Source: Asterionella formosa (Eukaryota). Taken from it: a stretch of 44,104 bases of DNA. Made by a program: the position numbers and the translations under genes. Shown piece by piece: positions 22,319-32,267 of the stretch (positions are counted from its first letter, which is position 1; each line of letters starts with the position of its first letter). A model generated the notes under the pieces. The model was not told the DNA's origin. It saw nothing but the letters and a program-made list of their open reading frames with translations, and did no database searches. Where the stretch lies: positions 1-44,104 of the forward strand of contig NKIB01014374.1 of the NCBI GenBank assembly GCA_002256025.1, in the 5' to 3' direction.

Positions 22319-24172
22319 ATGGCTGGCGTTCCAAACTTCGCCTTGCGCCAAGTCTTCGACTGGCCAAGCTTTTGCGCCTCTCAGCAACTAGAAGACGCCG
22401 ACAGTAAGAGAAGCCTTGCGGGAGCTTCGAGGCAATTCCTCCTTGATCTTGCGCTATCCAAGATTCATCCGACTTGCACTTCGGGAAATTTCGCATCCGA
22501 CGCTCCTCCCATGGGACCCTTGACGAATCATGACTACCATGAAGGCTTCTTCGATCTGCTCGTTACAATGTGGCTACAATCGACAGCCACCTTCTTTGCC
22601 ATGGCCGAACTTTGGTTTCGCCTCTTTTGCATGGTCATTGCTCCTTTAGGATGTGCGTATTTGATTCAAGATCTATTCACACCGGTCGACAGCAAACAGA
22701 ACAAGAACAGGACTACGTGGGTGACGGTAGGGTGCATAGCGTCCATAACGGCATCGCTTGTTTTGACCACGGATTCACTCTATGTCTATCAGCTTGGAGA
22801 ACGCTACGGAACTTCCCATTTGGCCGCCACGTCCATCCTGGCGACCACGGCATGCTTGCGGCACAAACTATCCAAAGTATTCCTCGTTGTGGTCTTGCTG
22901 TGGGGCCTCACATTTCGTTTGGCATGGGACCAAGAATCACACAGCATTCTCCTTGGTGGTCAAGACATGCCTCGAACAGTCGATGAAGGAATTTACTTCC
23001 ATGCAGAGAATACCCTCGTTCGAACTATACTGCAACATTGGGACGTACCCACCTATTCCGTAAAGACTGGAGCATGCCCGTGGATGCCCACAGGAGACTC
23101 TCGCACTGGGATTCCATTTCTGATTCATAGCGCCAACGACTTGAACTTGGAACGACTATGGCTGCCCACCGTGGACGGCGAAGCTGTGCGACTCGAGGTG
23201 AGCTTTCCCAAACAAGGACACTCCACCACGAAACCTATCTATCTAGTTTTGCATGGCTTGTCAGGTGGTAGTCAAGAAAGTTTCGTCAAGGATTTTGCAC
23301 ATCGGCGGAACGATGAAGGAAGTACTGTCGTAATTATGATTGCTCGTGGACTTATGGATACGCCGGTCAAGTCATTTGACGTCTTTCATGGAGCTAGAAT
23401 AGATGATGTATCCGAAGCCGCCAAGGCCTTGAGACGAACCCTCAAGGGTGATCAAACACTTGCTGGAGTTGGATTTAGTATGGGTGCAATTATTCTCACC
23501 AACTACGTTGCTCGATCGGGTCCAGATTGTGCCTTGGATGTTGGAATGGCCATATCCGGTGGATTGGATATGCGATATCAACTTTATCATCATAGGGCCA
23601 AGCGATTGTGGGAACCAATGTTGGCACTCACGCTCCGAGACCAGTTCATTATTGGCAAGCTTGGCGACAGGTACAGCGCTCGCTTAACGAGACAACAAAT
23701 GCTAGAACTCATGAGAGCGACGGATGTATCAACGGTGGATGAACACGCAGTGGTGACCTATAATGGATACGATAATATTCTTCATTATTACTCGGAAATG
23801 AGTGCCATGGGAGATCTACCAATGGGTGAAATAATTTCTGGTGATATGGGACGGATCAATAATGTTTCTATTCCATTTTGCTTATTGAACGCACTGGATG
23901 ATCCGCTGGTCACATGGAAGACAGTCGCAGAAAATAAAGGCCCCAGGCACCCTTCAAATCTTGTCAAGACTGGTACTGGGAACTTGATCATGCTATTGAC
24001 AAAAGGGGGCGGTCATGTGGGGTGGCCACTTGGTTGGAATCCTGCCAATGAAGGATGGCGATGGATGAACGATGCAGCTGGATCTTTTGTCACTGCGTAC
24101 GTTAACGCTAAAACAGAGATGCTTGCCGGTCTAGGGGATGTCACGAATCAATCTGGTATTACTTCATTGTGA
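22319..24172 (+). CDS. Alpha/beta hydrolase, ABHD1-3/YheT-like, with N-terminal TM segments
   Basis: LVLHGLSGGSQE, nucleophile GFSMG, acid NALDDP and His GGHVGW. Confidence 0.85.
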   Translation: MAGVPNFALRQVFDWPSFCASQQLEDADSKRSLAGASRQFLLDLALSKIHPTCTSGNFASDAPPMGPLTNHDYHEGFFDLLVTMWLQSTATFFAMAELWFRLFCMVIAPLGCAYLIQDLFTPVDSKQNKNRTTWVTVGCIASITASLVLTTDSLYVYQLGERYGTSHLAATSILATTACLRHKLSKVFLVVVLLWGLTFRLAWDQESHSILLGGQDMPRTVDEGIYFHAENTLVRTILQHWDVPTYSVKTGACPWMPTGDSRTGIPFLIHSANDLNLERLWLPTVDGEAVRLEVSFPKQGHSTTKPIYLVLHGLSGGSQESFVKDFAHRRNDEGSTVVIMIARGLMDTPVKSFDVFHGARIDDVSEAAKALRRTLKGDQTLAGVGFSMGAIILTNYVARSGPDCALDVGMAISGGLDMRYQLYHHRAKRLWEPMLALTLRDQFIIGKLGDRYSARLTRQQMLELMRATDVSTVDEHAVVTYNGYDNILHYYSEMSAMGDLPMGEIISGDMGRINNVSIPFCLLNALDDPLVTWKTVAENKGPRHPSNLVKTGTGNLIMLLTKGGGHVGWPLGWNPANEGWRWMNDAAGSFVTAYVNAKTEMLAGLGDVTNQSGITSL

Positions 24173-24497
24173 AATGATTAAAGCCTCTAACGACGACGAC
24201 ACGTATCCATCTGATGTTGCTTCACTTGTCAAATCGGTAAAGTAGCCTTCGTCGTCCGAATCCTGCAAATATCGGAACGAACACTGTAAAACTTGCAGTG
24301 GAATCATGATTTCCGTGGATGTAATAAATAACCTGCGAACCCTTGTCGATTTATGAAGATGCTAAAAATGAGAAGGTTGGCATATCCGTGACCTGACATG
24401 CACTTTCCTGATGGTCAATGGCTTTTCCGATTGGGATGCATGTTGCGAGAAAAAGGTGACTTGATACGGAAAATCATTGCACATCAAGAATTTACGG

Positions 24498-26705
24498 TTA
24501 GAGCCCGTCTCCTTCCCACGATTCCTCGTTGCCGTTATGTCCATCGGCGACATCATTTTCCTCGTCATCGTATTCTCTATAGTTAGCATCGTCCCAATTG
24601 TTGTTCACGTAGCCATGCAATAGCTCGCCAGTGGTTCGAAGAGCTAACAGGGTCAAACCAAGCACCGACAGTCTGTGCCTAGGTCTCGCGCACAACACGG
24701 CTGATACCAAGCCCATGACGACAATTGGTTGAGGAAGGGCACCCTTGACACTTGCCCATCGGCAAGTGTAGCTTGAGAACGTGAGTATCCCCTTGAAAAA
24801 AGTGCGAAAGAAATTGACCAACAAAAATTTCGAACTGAGCTCTTGGTCCATGAATCTTTCAAACGAAAGCTGCCCACCACTGGGACGACGTCCAAACAGA
24901 AGCGAGATCAAGTTTCCTTCTTCCTCCCAAACCGGAACATCTCCGTTGTTGCGTTGATTGCCTGACTGTTTAGCCCATCGCTTTGACCCTGGTTGCTTCG
25001 TTCCTTGCTTCCCCTCCTTCAACTCGACTTCCCACCTATTGTAATACTTGCCGTCGTCATGTAAGCCTAATGCGTAGTCAAACTGCTCTGCCAATCGATC
25101 TTTCCAGTACCTTGCTTTGCTAGACTTTTTTGGTCCCTTCTGTTTTTGATCATCTCCTCCCTTTGTACTATCTGGCCCCCAAAGGACTTCTTCTGCCTTA
25201 TCAGCTACAAAGTCACCAAAACGATCAATCATATCCTTTCCGTCGTCATCAAAGGCTGGTGACTTTACTTCACCATATGGAGAGTAGATGCGTCGTCGTG
25301 TGGAACGAGGATTCCTAGCTTGGTGGGATGAAGCCCTTGGTGGCTCCCTTGTATTCTGGCGATAAGCATGAGTTCCCGAGAATGGAACATTGACAACGGA
25401 TTGCGTTGGAAGCTGATACATGGATTGCCTTGATTTCCGCGAAATGGGTTTAACTTGTTCCCTTGTTGGTTCTCGTGCTCGTTCTGGACCACTAGGGCCA
25501 TTTCGACGAGTTTGTTCATTCTTATGATGTTCTCGATTTTCTGATATCTCCACAACATCCGTCGCTGAATAATACCATATAGGCTCTCGAATTCCATCTT
25601 CATCTTCTGCCACTAACATGTCATTTACTTTTCGGCCAACACGTTTAACTTGCCTAGTCACCGTCTGAGATATTCTACCAGGAATGGCCGTAGTTACTGG
25701 TTTGAGTCTCGAAATTCGTCGAGGAAATTCTTTGGCGGTCTCAGCAGCACGCCTCACAATAGTGGATTGAGAAAACAGAGTACCAATCCTATGTGTAGGA
25801 TGATCTTGTTGTCGTCGATGTCGTCGTCGACTCCTTCGGCGTTCTGCTTCTTGGACACTTCGTGGTGACATTATTTCCGTGTTGTATAGTAAGGCTTCTA
25901 AATCTATACGACTGGCGTCGGTTGGATAGCGAATGCGTCGTCGATCAAGCTCGTTCATGAGTTTGACCATGGGAATGTGTGCTTTTGGTGCAGTCACACG
26001 AATTCTTCCCTTTTTGTCAAGTAAGGCTTCCAATTCGGCTCTAGTGGAACAAGGAGGATACCTAATACCACGTGAATCAAGCTCTTCCAGTAAACTGGTT
26101 AATGATTGAGGCTTTGATTGAGTTTGAGTTCCAACCCTTTTGTTGTTAAAAGTTGTTGAATCGGCACTTGCCTTTCTAGTTGATTCAACTGACGATACTG
26201 TGTCGTCGGTTGTTACAGTATCAGCACAACTCAGTTTTAACATTGCTTCCAATTCTTCTCTGTTATTGTTCGGTTTGTATCGTACGTTTCTACGATCGAG
26301 CTCTGCCAGAAGCTCTTGTAGTGAAGTAATAGGGGCAGCAGGGGCAGCGATGGTTTGATTTGTTTTGTTGCGATATTCTTCACAAGTGGCTGCGTGTCGC
26401 CCCAGGAGATCTTCTAGCTCTCGTCTTGTCGACGTTGGCAAATATCTTATTCCTTTTTCATCTAGAGCCTCAATTAGAGCAGTGAGATTCCAATCCTGGT
26501 GGTTTGTTGGTTGTTGTTGTTGCTGTTGTTCCATCCGTAATAGCCACGTGGGCCCACAAGGTGAGATTTGTGTCCTGCTGAGGATTTGAAGCAATGGCCT
26601 CCTCCATCGCGATGTCGAGGGTACTACAAATGCATCTGACACAGATTTACTGAATGGATCTAAAAGGAGGAGTGATGCAAGCAGTGTCATCCATTTGGTC
26701 GCCAT
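24498..26705 (-). CDS. Probable plastid-targeted protein with four HeH/LEM-like repeats and C-terminal hydrophobic helices
   Basis: Signal peptide + SDA-FVVP. Four repeats of LxxLLxELDxRGIRYxPxxTRxELExLL. C-terminal hydrophobic segments PIVVMGLVSAVLCA and LSVLGLTLLAL. Confidence 0.8.
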   Translation of the reverse strand: MATKWMTLLASLLLLDPFSKSVSDAFVVPSTSRWRRPLLQILSRTQISPCGPTWLLRMEQQQQQQPTNHQDWNLTALIEALDEKGIRYLPTSTRRELEDLLGRHAATCEEYRNKTNQTIAAPAAPITSLQELLAELDRRNVRYKPNNNREELEAMLKLSCADTVTTDDTVSSVESTRKASADSTTFNNKRVGTQTQSKPQSLTSLLEELDSRGIRYPPCSTRAELEALLDKKGRIRVTAPKAHIPMVKLMNELDRRRIRYPTDASRIDLEALLYNTEIMSPRSVQEAERRRSRRRHRRQQDHPTHRIGTLFSQSTIVRRAAETAKEFPRRISRLKPVTTAIPGRISQTVTRQVKRVGRKVNDMLVAEDEDGIREPIWYYSATDVVEISENREHHKNEQTRRNGPSGPERAREPTREQVKPISRKSRQSMYQLPTQSVVNVPFSGTHAYRQNTREPPRASSHQARNPRSTRRRIYSPYGEVKSPAFDDDGKDMIDRFGDFVADKAEEVLWGPDSTKGGDDQKQKGPKKSSKARYWKDRLAEQFDYALGLHDDGKYYNRWEVELKEGKQGTKQPGSKRWAKQSGNQRNNGDVPVWEEEGNLISLLFGRRPSGGQLSFERFMDQELSSKFLLVNFFRTFFKGILTFSSYTCRWASVKGALPQPIVVMGLVSAVLCARPRHRLSVLGLTLLALRTTGELLHGYVNNNWDDANYREYDDEENDVADGHNGNEESWEGDGL

Positions 26706-27436
26706 GATGGTGTGGTTGTTGTTGTCGTCGTCGATTTAGTTGTCCACAAAAACTTGACAACGATGTACAGTGGCACTACCGGTAGTACTGCGGTGATACC
26801 TGGCACTCGGAGTACCTGGTACACCCTGGTGGTAGCAGTAGCTGGTACCCGGTAGTCTACCATACCTGGTTCTCCCAGGGATCTGTACCAGGTACCAGGA
26901 GGTACTCTACATGGAAGGTCCGGTAAATGACGGTTTCTAAAATAATTACTATGGAAAAATTCAGTCAGTAAGCAAACACCGGTATCTCAATTCCCAGAAT
27001 TTCCGTGATGCCAGGTTACCACCAGGTAGACCGATCTGTTGCATACAAGAGTACCAGGTTCAAACCTCCTATTGCACAACTATGTAGGAGTACCTGTATG
27101 TATCTGTGCGGCGAGGACGACTCATCATTAACCCTCGTCTGCCTTTCATCAGCTGATCTCGTCGTAGAGGAGGAACCAACAAAAACAAATTGTTAAATTT
27201 ATATCTTTGAAATACCGGTAGCACCTCCATACCGTAGATATTTGTAATACGACGGGACTAATAAAACCCAAACGAGAAACGTGTAGTATGTACTATTATT
27301 GTATCATACAAAATTAAAAATGTCTACCAATAATAAACTGACATATTGGTACTGTTGATTTGTTCTGCCGACAACAGTTCATCACTTCGACTTTACCACC
27401 ATCAACGAACGTATTGTATTAATTGGTCAATTAAGA

Positions 27437-29758
27437 ATGAGGCAAGCCATCACACGGGGGAGAAAGACTGATGGATCCTTGCTTGGGACTTGTTGTTGTC
27501 TCCGATCTTGTTTATATGGAGGAGTTCAATTATTGTTAGTGCTGTCCCCTTGTTCTGCATTTTCACCAAACCTGCAAGCACATCAGACAAGGACACTATC
27601 GGAAGACATTGCAGTGTTCTCAACTCCTGTTCAAGACTTTGAAAGCATGACTGTGAAGGAACTCAAGCAAGTTCTTCTTGAGGCCGACTTGAACGAACCT
27701 GGACTCTCCAGTAAACTCAAGAGAAAACAAGATTTCATTGACTATCTTCAAGAAAACTTGCGATCATCGACTGATCATACTGACTTGACACTCAATGAGA
27801 ATGCCAATCAAGGAACCAGCCCAAAAACTGGGGATATTATCGATGGCTTTCACCAACTTGGTGAAGATGGTGACGAAGCAGACGACACAATTGACGATTC
27901 TAATTCCTATGCAAATGATGTTGGTGCACCGATGTCGGCCTTGTCAGAAGAGGTTGCTGCCTTTCCTTTGCCTTTGAAAGAAACTATGGCCCGGAGAAAA
28001 ATTACTTCCCTATTACCGATCCAATCTGCTTCTTACAAGCACATTCTCGAGGGGAATGATGCGGTCATTCATGCACCTACAGGGTCAGGGAAAACACTTG
28101 CGTTTGTGCTTCCACTCGCAGCAAGGATGATGACATCCAAGATAATGACTCCATTCGCAAAAGGCAAGCACTCAACAGAACGGTATGTGGCAGTATCGCC
28201 GAGAATAATCACTCTTGTCCCGTCCCGGGAATTGGCGAAACAAGTGGGCAAAGAATGGGCCAAATACTCGAGTGCACCAGTGGCAACTGTTTTTGGTGGA
28301 GTCCCAATCGAAAGACACATGTCCTTGATTAGAAAGTCTGGTGGAGCGCACGTCATTGTTAGTACTCCGGGACGTTTGCGAGAATTAGTTCGTGAAGGAT
28401 ATGTGGATTACAAACATATTCATGTGCTGGTCCTGGATGAAGCAGATGCTATGTTGGATGCCGCTGACTCACCAGATGTGCGGTCTATTATGGATGATAT
28501 TAATGATGCGGTGGGAGACAGAGTGACCTACGAAGAAATGGAGTACCAACTAGTACTTGTTTCGGCAACTATCAACGATAATGTCAGAAAATTTGCCATG
28601 GAAGTGATGGAGATCTCGCCCAAGTCGAAGTCATTCATAAGTGTACAAGGGGAAACTAGCAGGATTGCATTATCTGACGGAAGCAGCACAAAATCTTTGG
28701 GAAATTACGCTCCTACAGTCCAGCACTGGCACACAACTGCAAAGTCTAGTGTCCGACAATCTGTTGCAGCTGACTTGATTTCGACCTATTCGCCCCGGTT
28801 AACCATCATCTTTGTCAACACGAAACTGGAAACGGAAACAGTGGGCACTTATTTGTCCAATAAATTGTCCGGGAGTGCCATTGATGTCCGCGTGTTACAC
28901 GGTGACATGGCTCAAGCTCAGAGGTCTCGTACCATTTCGTCGCTGCGCGAAGGAAGTAATAACGAACAGGGTGGCATGCAGGTATTGGTAGCTACTGATG
29001 TTGCCTCGCGTGGATTGGACTTGAGAAATGTTGATTTAGTCATTCAGTTTGGCATTCCAAGAACAGCAGGAAAAGAAGGGACGTATAGCGTTGAACTTTA
29101 CACCCATAGGACTGGTCGAGCTGGTCGGGCAGGCAGGAACGTAAAGTTGGCAGCAGCGAATGCTGTAATGCTTTATGATCCCGCAGAGGGGGAGAGTAAA
29201 CTCGTTAATGATTTAGTACGTGATGTTCAAAAGACTCTTGGAACTCAAGTTCGACCAATGGCAGCACCATCTTCTTCGGATATTGTCGAGGCTGCCTACG
29301 CGAGAGTATCAAACCAATGCCTAATGGAAGGCTCTGGTAACACCAACTTGGTTTCCTATTTTCGGTCGAAGTTAGCAGCGGACAAGCGCGTGGACGCCTC
29401 AAACCCTGAGCAACTGCTCCAACAGCTTGCCACAGTTATGGCTGCCTTGACGAACCTGGACCCTTCCATATCACCCGATAACCAGCGTGCCTCTCTAGTT
29501 TCCGGTGATACACGCGATCGCACATTGCGTGTCTATCGAGAGGATGGAGTTTCAGTATCACCGCCAGAGGTGACGAAATTCTGCAAAACGTTTGGTTCTG
29601 GCAAGTTAGGCCGTGTGACAATTTGTGATGACGGTTCTGCCGTCTTTGATTTGGTCGCTTCCCGGGCCGAGGCGCTTTTGGAAACAATATGTTCTCGTCG
29701 CGAGGAGACTCATGGCTGGTGTATGGAAATGCCCGCAACCTTACCTATCGTACAATAG
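27437..29758 (+). CDS. DEAD-box RNA helicase, probably plastid-targeted, with N-terminal SAP/Rho-N-like module
   Basis: Presequence CSA-FSP; motifs TGSGKT, PSRELA, TPGRL, DEAD, SAT, LHGDM, TDVASRGLD and HRTGRAGR; C-terminal DbpA/GUCT-like region. Confidence 0.9.
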   Translation: MRQAITRGRKTDGSLLGTCCCLRSCLYGGVQLLLVLSPCSAFSPNLQAHQTRTLSEDIAVFSTPVQDFESMTVKELKQVLLEADLNEPGLSSKLKRKQDFIDYLQENLRSSTDHTDLTLNENANQGTSPKTGDIIDGFHQLGEDGDEADDTIDDSNSYANDVGAPMSALSEEVAAFPLPLKETMARRKITSLLPIQSASYKHILEGNDAVIHAPTGSGKTLAFVLPLAARMMTSKIMTPFAKGKHSTERYVAVSPRIITLVPSRELAKQVGKEWAKYSSAPVATVFGGVPIERHMSLIRKSGGAHVIVSTPGRLRELVREGYVDYKHIHVLVLDEADAMLDAADSPDVRSIMDDINDAVGDRVTYEEMEYQLVLVSATINDNVRKFAMEVMEISPKSKSFISVQGETSRIALSDGSSTKSLGNYAPTVQHWHTTAKSSVRQSVAADLISTYSPRLTIIFVNTKLETETVGTYLSNKLSGSAIDVRVLHGDMAQAQRSRTISSLREGSNNEQGGMQVLVATDVASRGLDLRNVDLVIQFGIPRTAGKEGTYSVELYTHRTGRAGRAGRNVKLAAANAVMLYDPAEGESKLVNDLVRDVQKTLGTQVRPMAAPSSSDIVEAAYARVSNQCLMEGSGNTNLVSYFRSKLAADKRVDASNPEQLLQQLATVMAALTNLDPSISPDNQRASLVSGDTRDRTLRVYREDGVSVSPPEVTKFCKTFGSGKLGRVTICDDGSAVFDLVASRAEALLETICSRREETHGWCMEMPATLPIVQ

Positions 29759-30223
29759 CTCAAGTAACTAACAGGAGATTTTCTTTTCCATCTTGGTTGT
29801 TGTTCGGCCCCGAAAAATTTCGAATGATTCATGATTTGGGTTTGTTTCTGTACTCGTCGATCTGGAAATGTTGAAGCCTTTTGAAAATCTTCATTCATAC
29901 ATGAGCCACTTTGGCACGCTATTATCACAACTACATTGTTGTGTGTGCAAACCAAATTTCATGACAAAATTGCGATTAGTCGACCTTGGCGGTCCTCTGT
30001 AGTGGCATAGAAAACTTCGCTATGAAATTAACATGCCATGTAGTTTCATTAGATAATAACTGAAACCTGATTTTTGAACGAAATATTCCCTTTCATTCTC
30101 ATTTACTTCGATGATGTAATGATGGTGAAATTGAGTACACGTGTGATTCCTTTCCGCAATAATCCAGTTTCGTTATAATAATTATAATGTAATTACATGC
30201 ACATTGGACAGTGTTTCTTCATC

Positions 30224-31187
30224 TTACTTATTCCTAAAGAATCCCCGTAGCATGCGAACAGGATTCTGAGGAGCTTCACTACCACCAGTCAGACTTCCTC
30301 CTTTCACAACAACATAAACCACAACACCGACAAGAAGCATTACATTGACAAAAGCAAAGCACTGAATGAACCGATCCGAAGCCATGCGCTTAGAAAACTG
30401 TTTAATCAACTTTTCAGCTACATCCAAAGCTCCTTCAATTCGATCCGCTTGCTGATCGATTCTAGTCAGCGTCTCCCGTTGACGTCTGAGTTCTTCCAAG
30501 GTTGACATTCCCACTTCCTTGGACTCCGCCACCAACTGCTTCGTGACGTGCAAGGACTCCTGAGTTTGATTTTGTATTCGCCCTGCTTCTCCCAACATGT
30601 TGTCTCCTGCCTTGAGGGCGTCTTCTTCGACGAACTCATCAGAATCCCCATTGCCCCGTCCATGAAACAACCTCCCGCGCTCAACATCTTGCTTCAATGC
30701 CTGCAAGTCAGCATTCAGATGCGACAAATCTTCGTCCAATCGCTGCAATCGATGTTCATACTGCCGTCTCTGCCTGATATCCGTCACGAGACGTGTTTCC
30801 ATTTTGAGTGATTTCTTGGTGCCGTTGGCTCCCTTGAGCTTCCGTTCGACTTCCATGAGTGCATCAGCCTTTTCGTCCTCGTCGGACATGCTCGGAATGG
30901 CGTCCATGATGGATTGGATTTGGTCAATCTCGGTAGAGAGGACATCGTCCCAGTATTGAATGTCCGCCTGATGTGTGTGTGAGAGAGAAAGAGGTGACTC
31001 ACGATGAGCGGACAGTGAGGCAGATCGAGCAACACTCCAGGAGCCGACGGCCTTGCCAGGGTCGTGTGTAGAATCTAGTACTAAATGTACACGAACATAG
31101 TTTTTACAGTGCGAGGTTTTCGATTTGCATCATGGCTTCCTTCTAATTGTCCTTTATTGCCAATTCCTCATCAAAAGGACTCACCAT
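30224..31187 (-). CDS. Qb-type SNARE (Vti1/NPSN-like), 248 aa; coding exon 1 is ATG only (31187-31185), exon 2 is 30967-30224
   Basis: Helical N-terminal region, SNARE coiled coil (ESKEVGMSTLEELRRQRETLTRIDQQ) and C-terminal TM. An ATG|GTGAGT donor and CAG|GCG acceptor give MADIQYWDDVL in frame. Confidence 0.8.
30968..31184 (-). other. Spliceosomal intron (217 bp) directly after the start codon of the SNARE gene
   Basis: Consensus GTGAGT donor, CT-rich tract and CAG acceptor; frame is preserved. Confidence 0.7.
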
Positions 31188-32267
31188 GGATGCAATAAGG
31201 CTATGATCTGAAACGACGAATGAGTGTAAGAAAGAACAAGCGAATTATAGTTAATAGCAGTAGTCACCCACGCTGATGTAAATAATGATACCAAACGAGG
31301 CGACCGCAATCAGTACCAGGAACCAGGTACCATGATACCTTGTGTGCCGGGTATGCCGTTGAGACCCTTTGACTCGACATGCATTATAAAATATATCATA
31401 CATGTACAAAGAGCAGCCAAGACGAGAATATTCAACCCCGGCGCGTTGTGCAATGATGCATCGAGCAAGACGAAGCCAATTTTTCGTTTCGTGTGGAGCG
31501 AGATAAAAAGGAGGCAAGAACTATAATAATAGAAATCTGCTAGACTACAGAAATCTAAATGTTAGTCTAGATTTATACATGTTTTTAGAGAAAAATAATT
31601 GATTCGTGAATTGGATAAATAAATTCGACCTCGCGATGGCTATGTTGCATTGCTAGGAGGAGTACTGGTACCAGGTATCATACTACGGTACCGGTATATG
31701 GCCTATGTGCAACCACATTGTAAATTATTCCGGTTCCCTGACAATCCCTCTGTCTGAAAACAATTGCTGCGTATGAGATGGAGTAATAATTGCAAACTAT
31801 CATAGCTGCCTCATATAAAATTTATGAGACAGGAGAGGAGATCAAGCTACAATAGTATCATATTCCATGGGATTGTTCACGTTCTTGACGTAGGTTAGTT
31901 AGTAGCTCAGGCTGGCATACTGGACCTTGAGGAGAATGATCGAGGAATCCATCAAAGAAATGCATTCGCAGAGTATCAAAACTAACCTGGCTTTGGCAAA
32001 CCAAAAAATCCATGCAAACGAATGCCTGTCATGGAATCAACGTTCGTCGTCCATCAAATCTGTTAGCCGCCCTGCCAGAGATTATACAACTCTAACTGTG
32101 AACCTGGTTATGAGGGTAAATGGAATGTGGGCGATTGGCCAACTGGCAGGAGGAGAAAATGAATTTTCAGGGGCTGTGAAAGTACAGAAGAATTTCAGAG
32201 CTTGAATTCAGATAGCTGAGCATTTCTATGCCACGATATAGTTATGCCTGTTCCACATCAAACCACT

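Noticed and set aside
24170..24270. Possible extra minus-strand exon (ttgcag|DSDDEGYFTDL...) downstream of the HeH-repeat gene
   Set aside because: No convincing in-frame donor before the existing stop; needs transcript data.
30968..31184. Intronic box C/D snoRNA (TGATGA near the intron 5' end)
   Set aside because: No matching box D (CTGA) or terminal stem seen.
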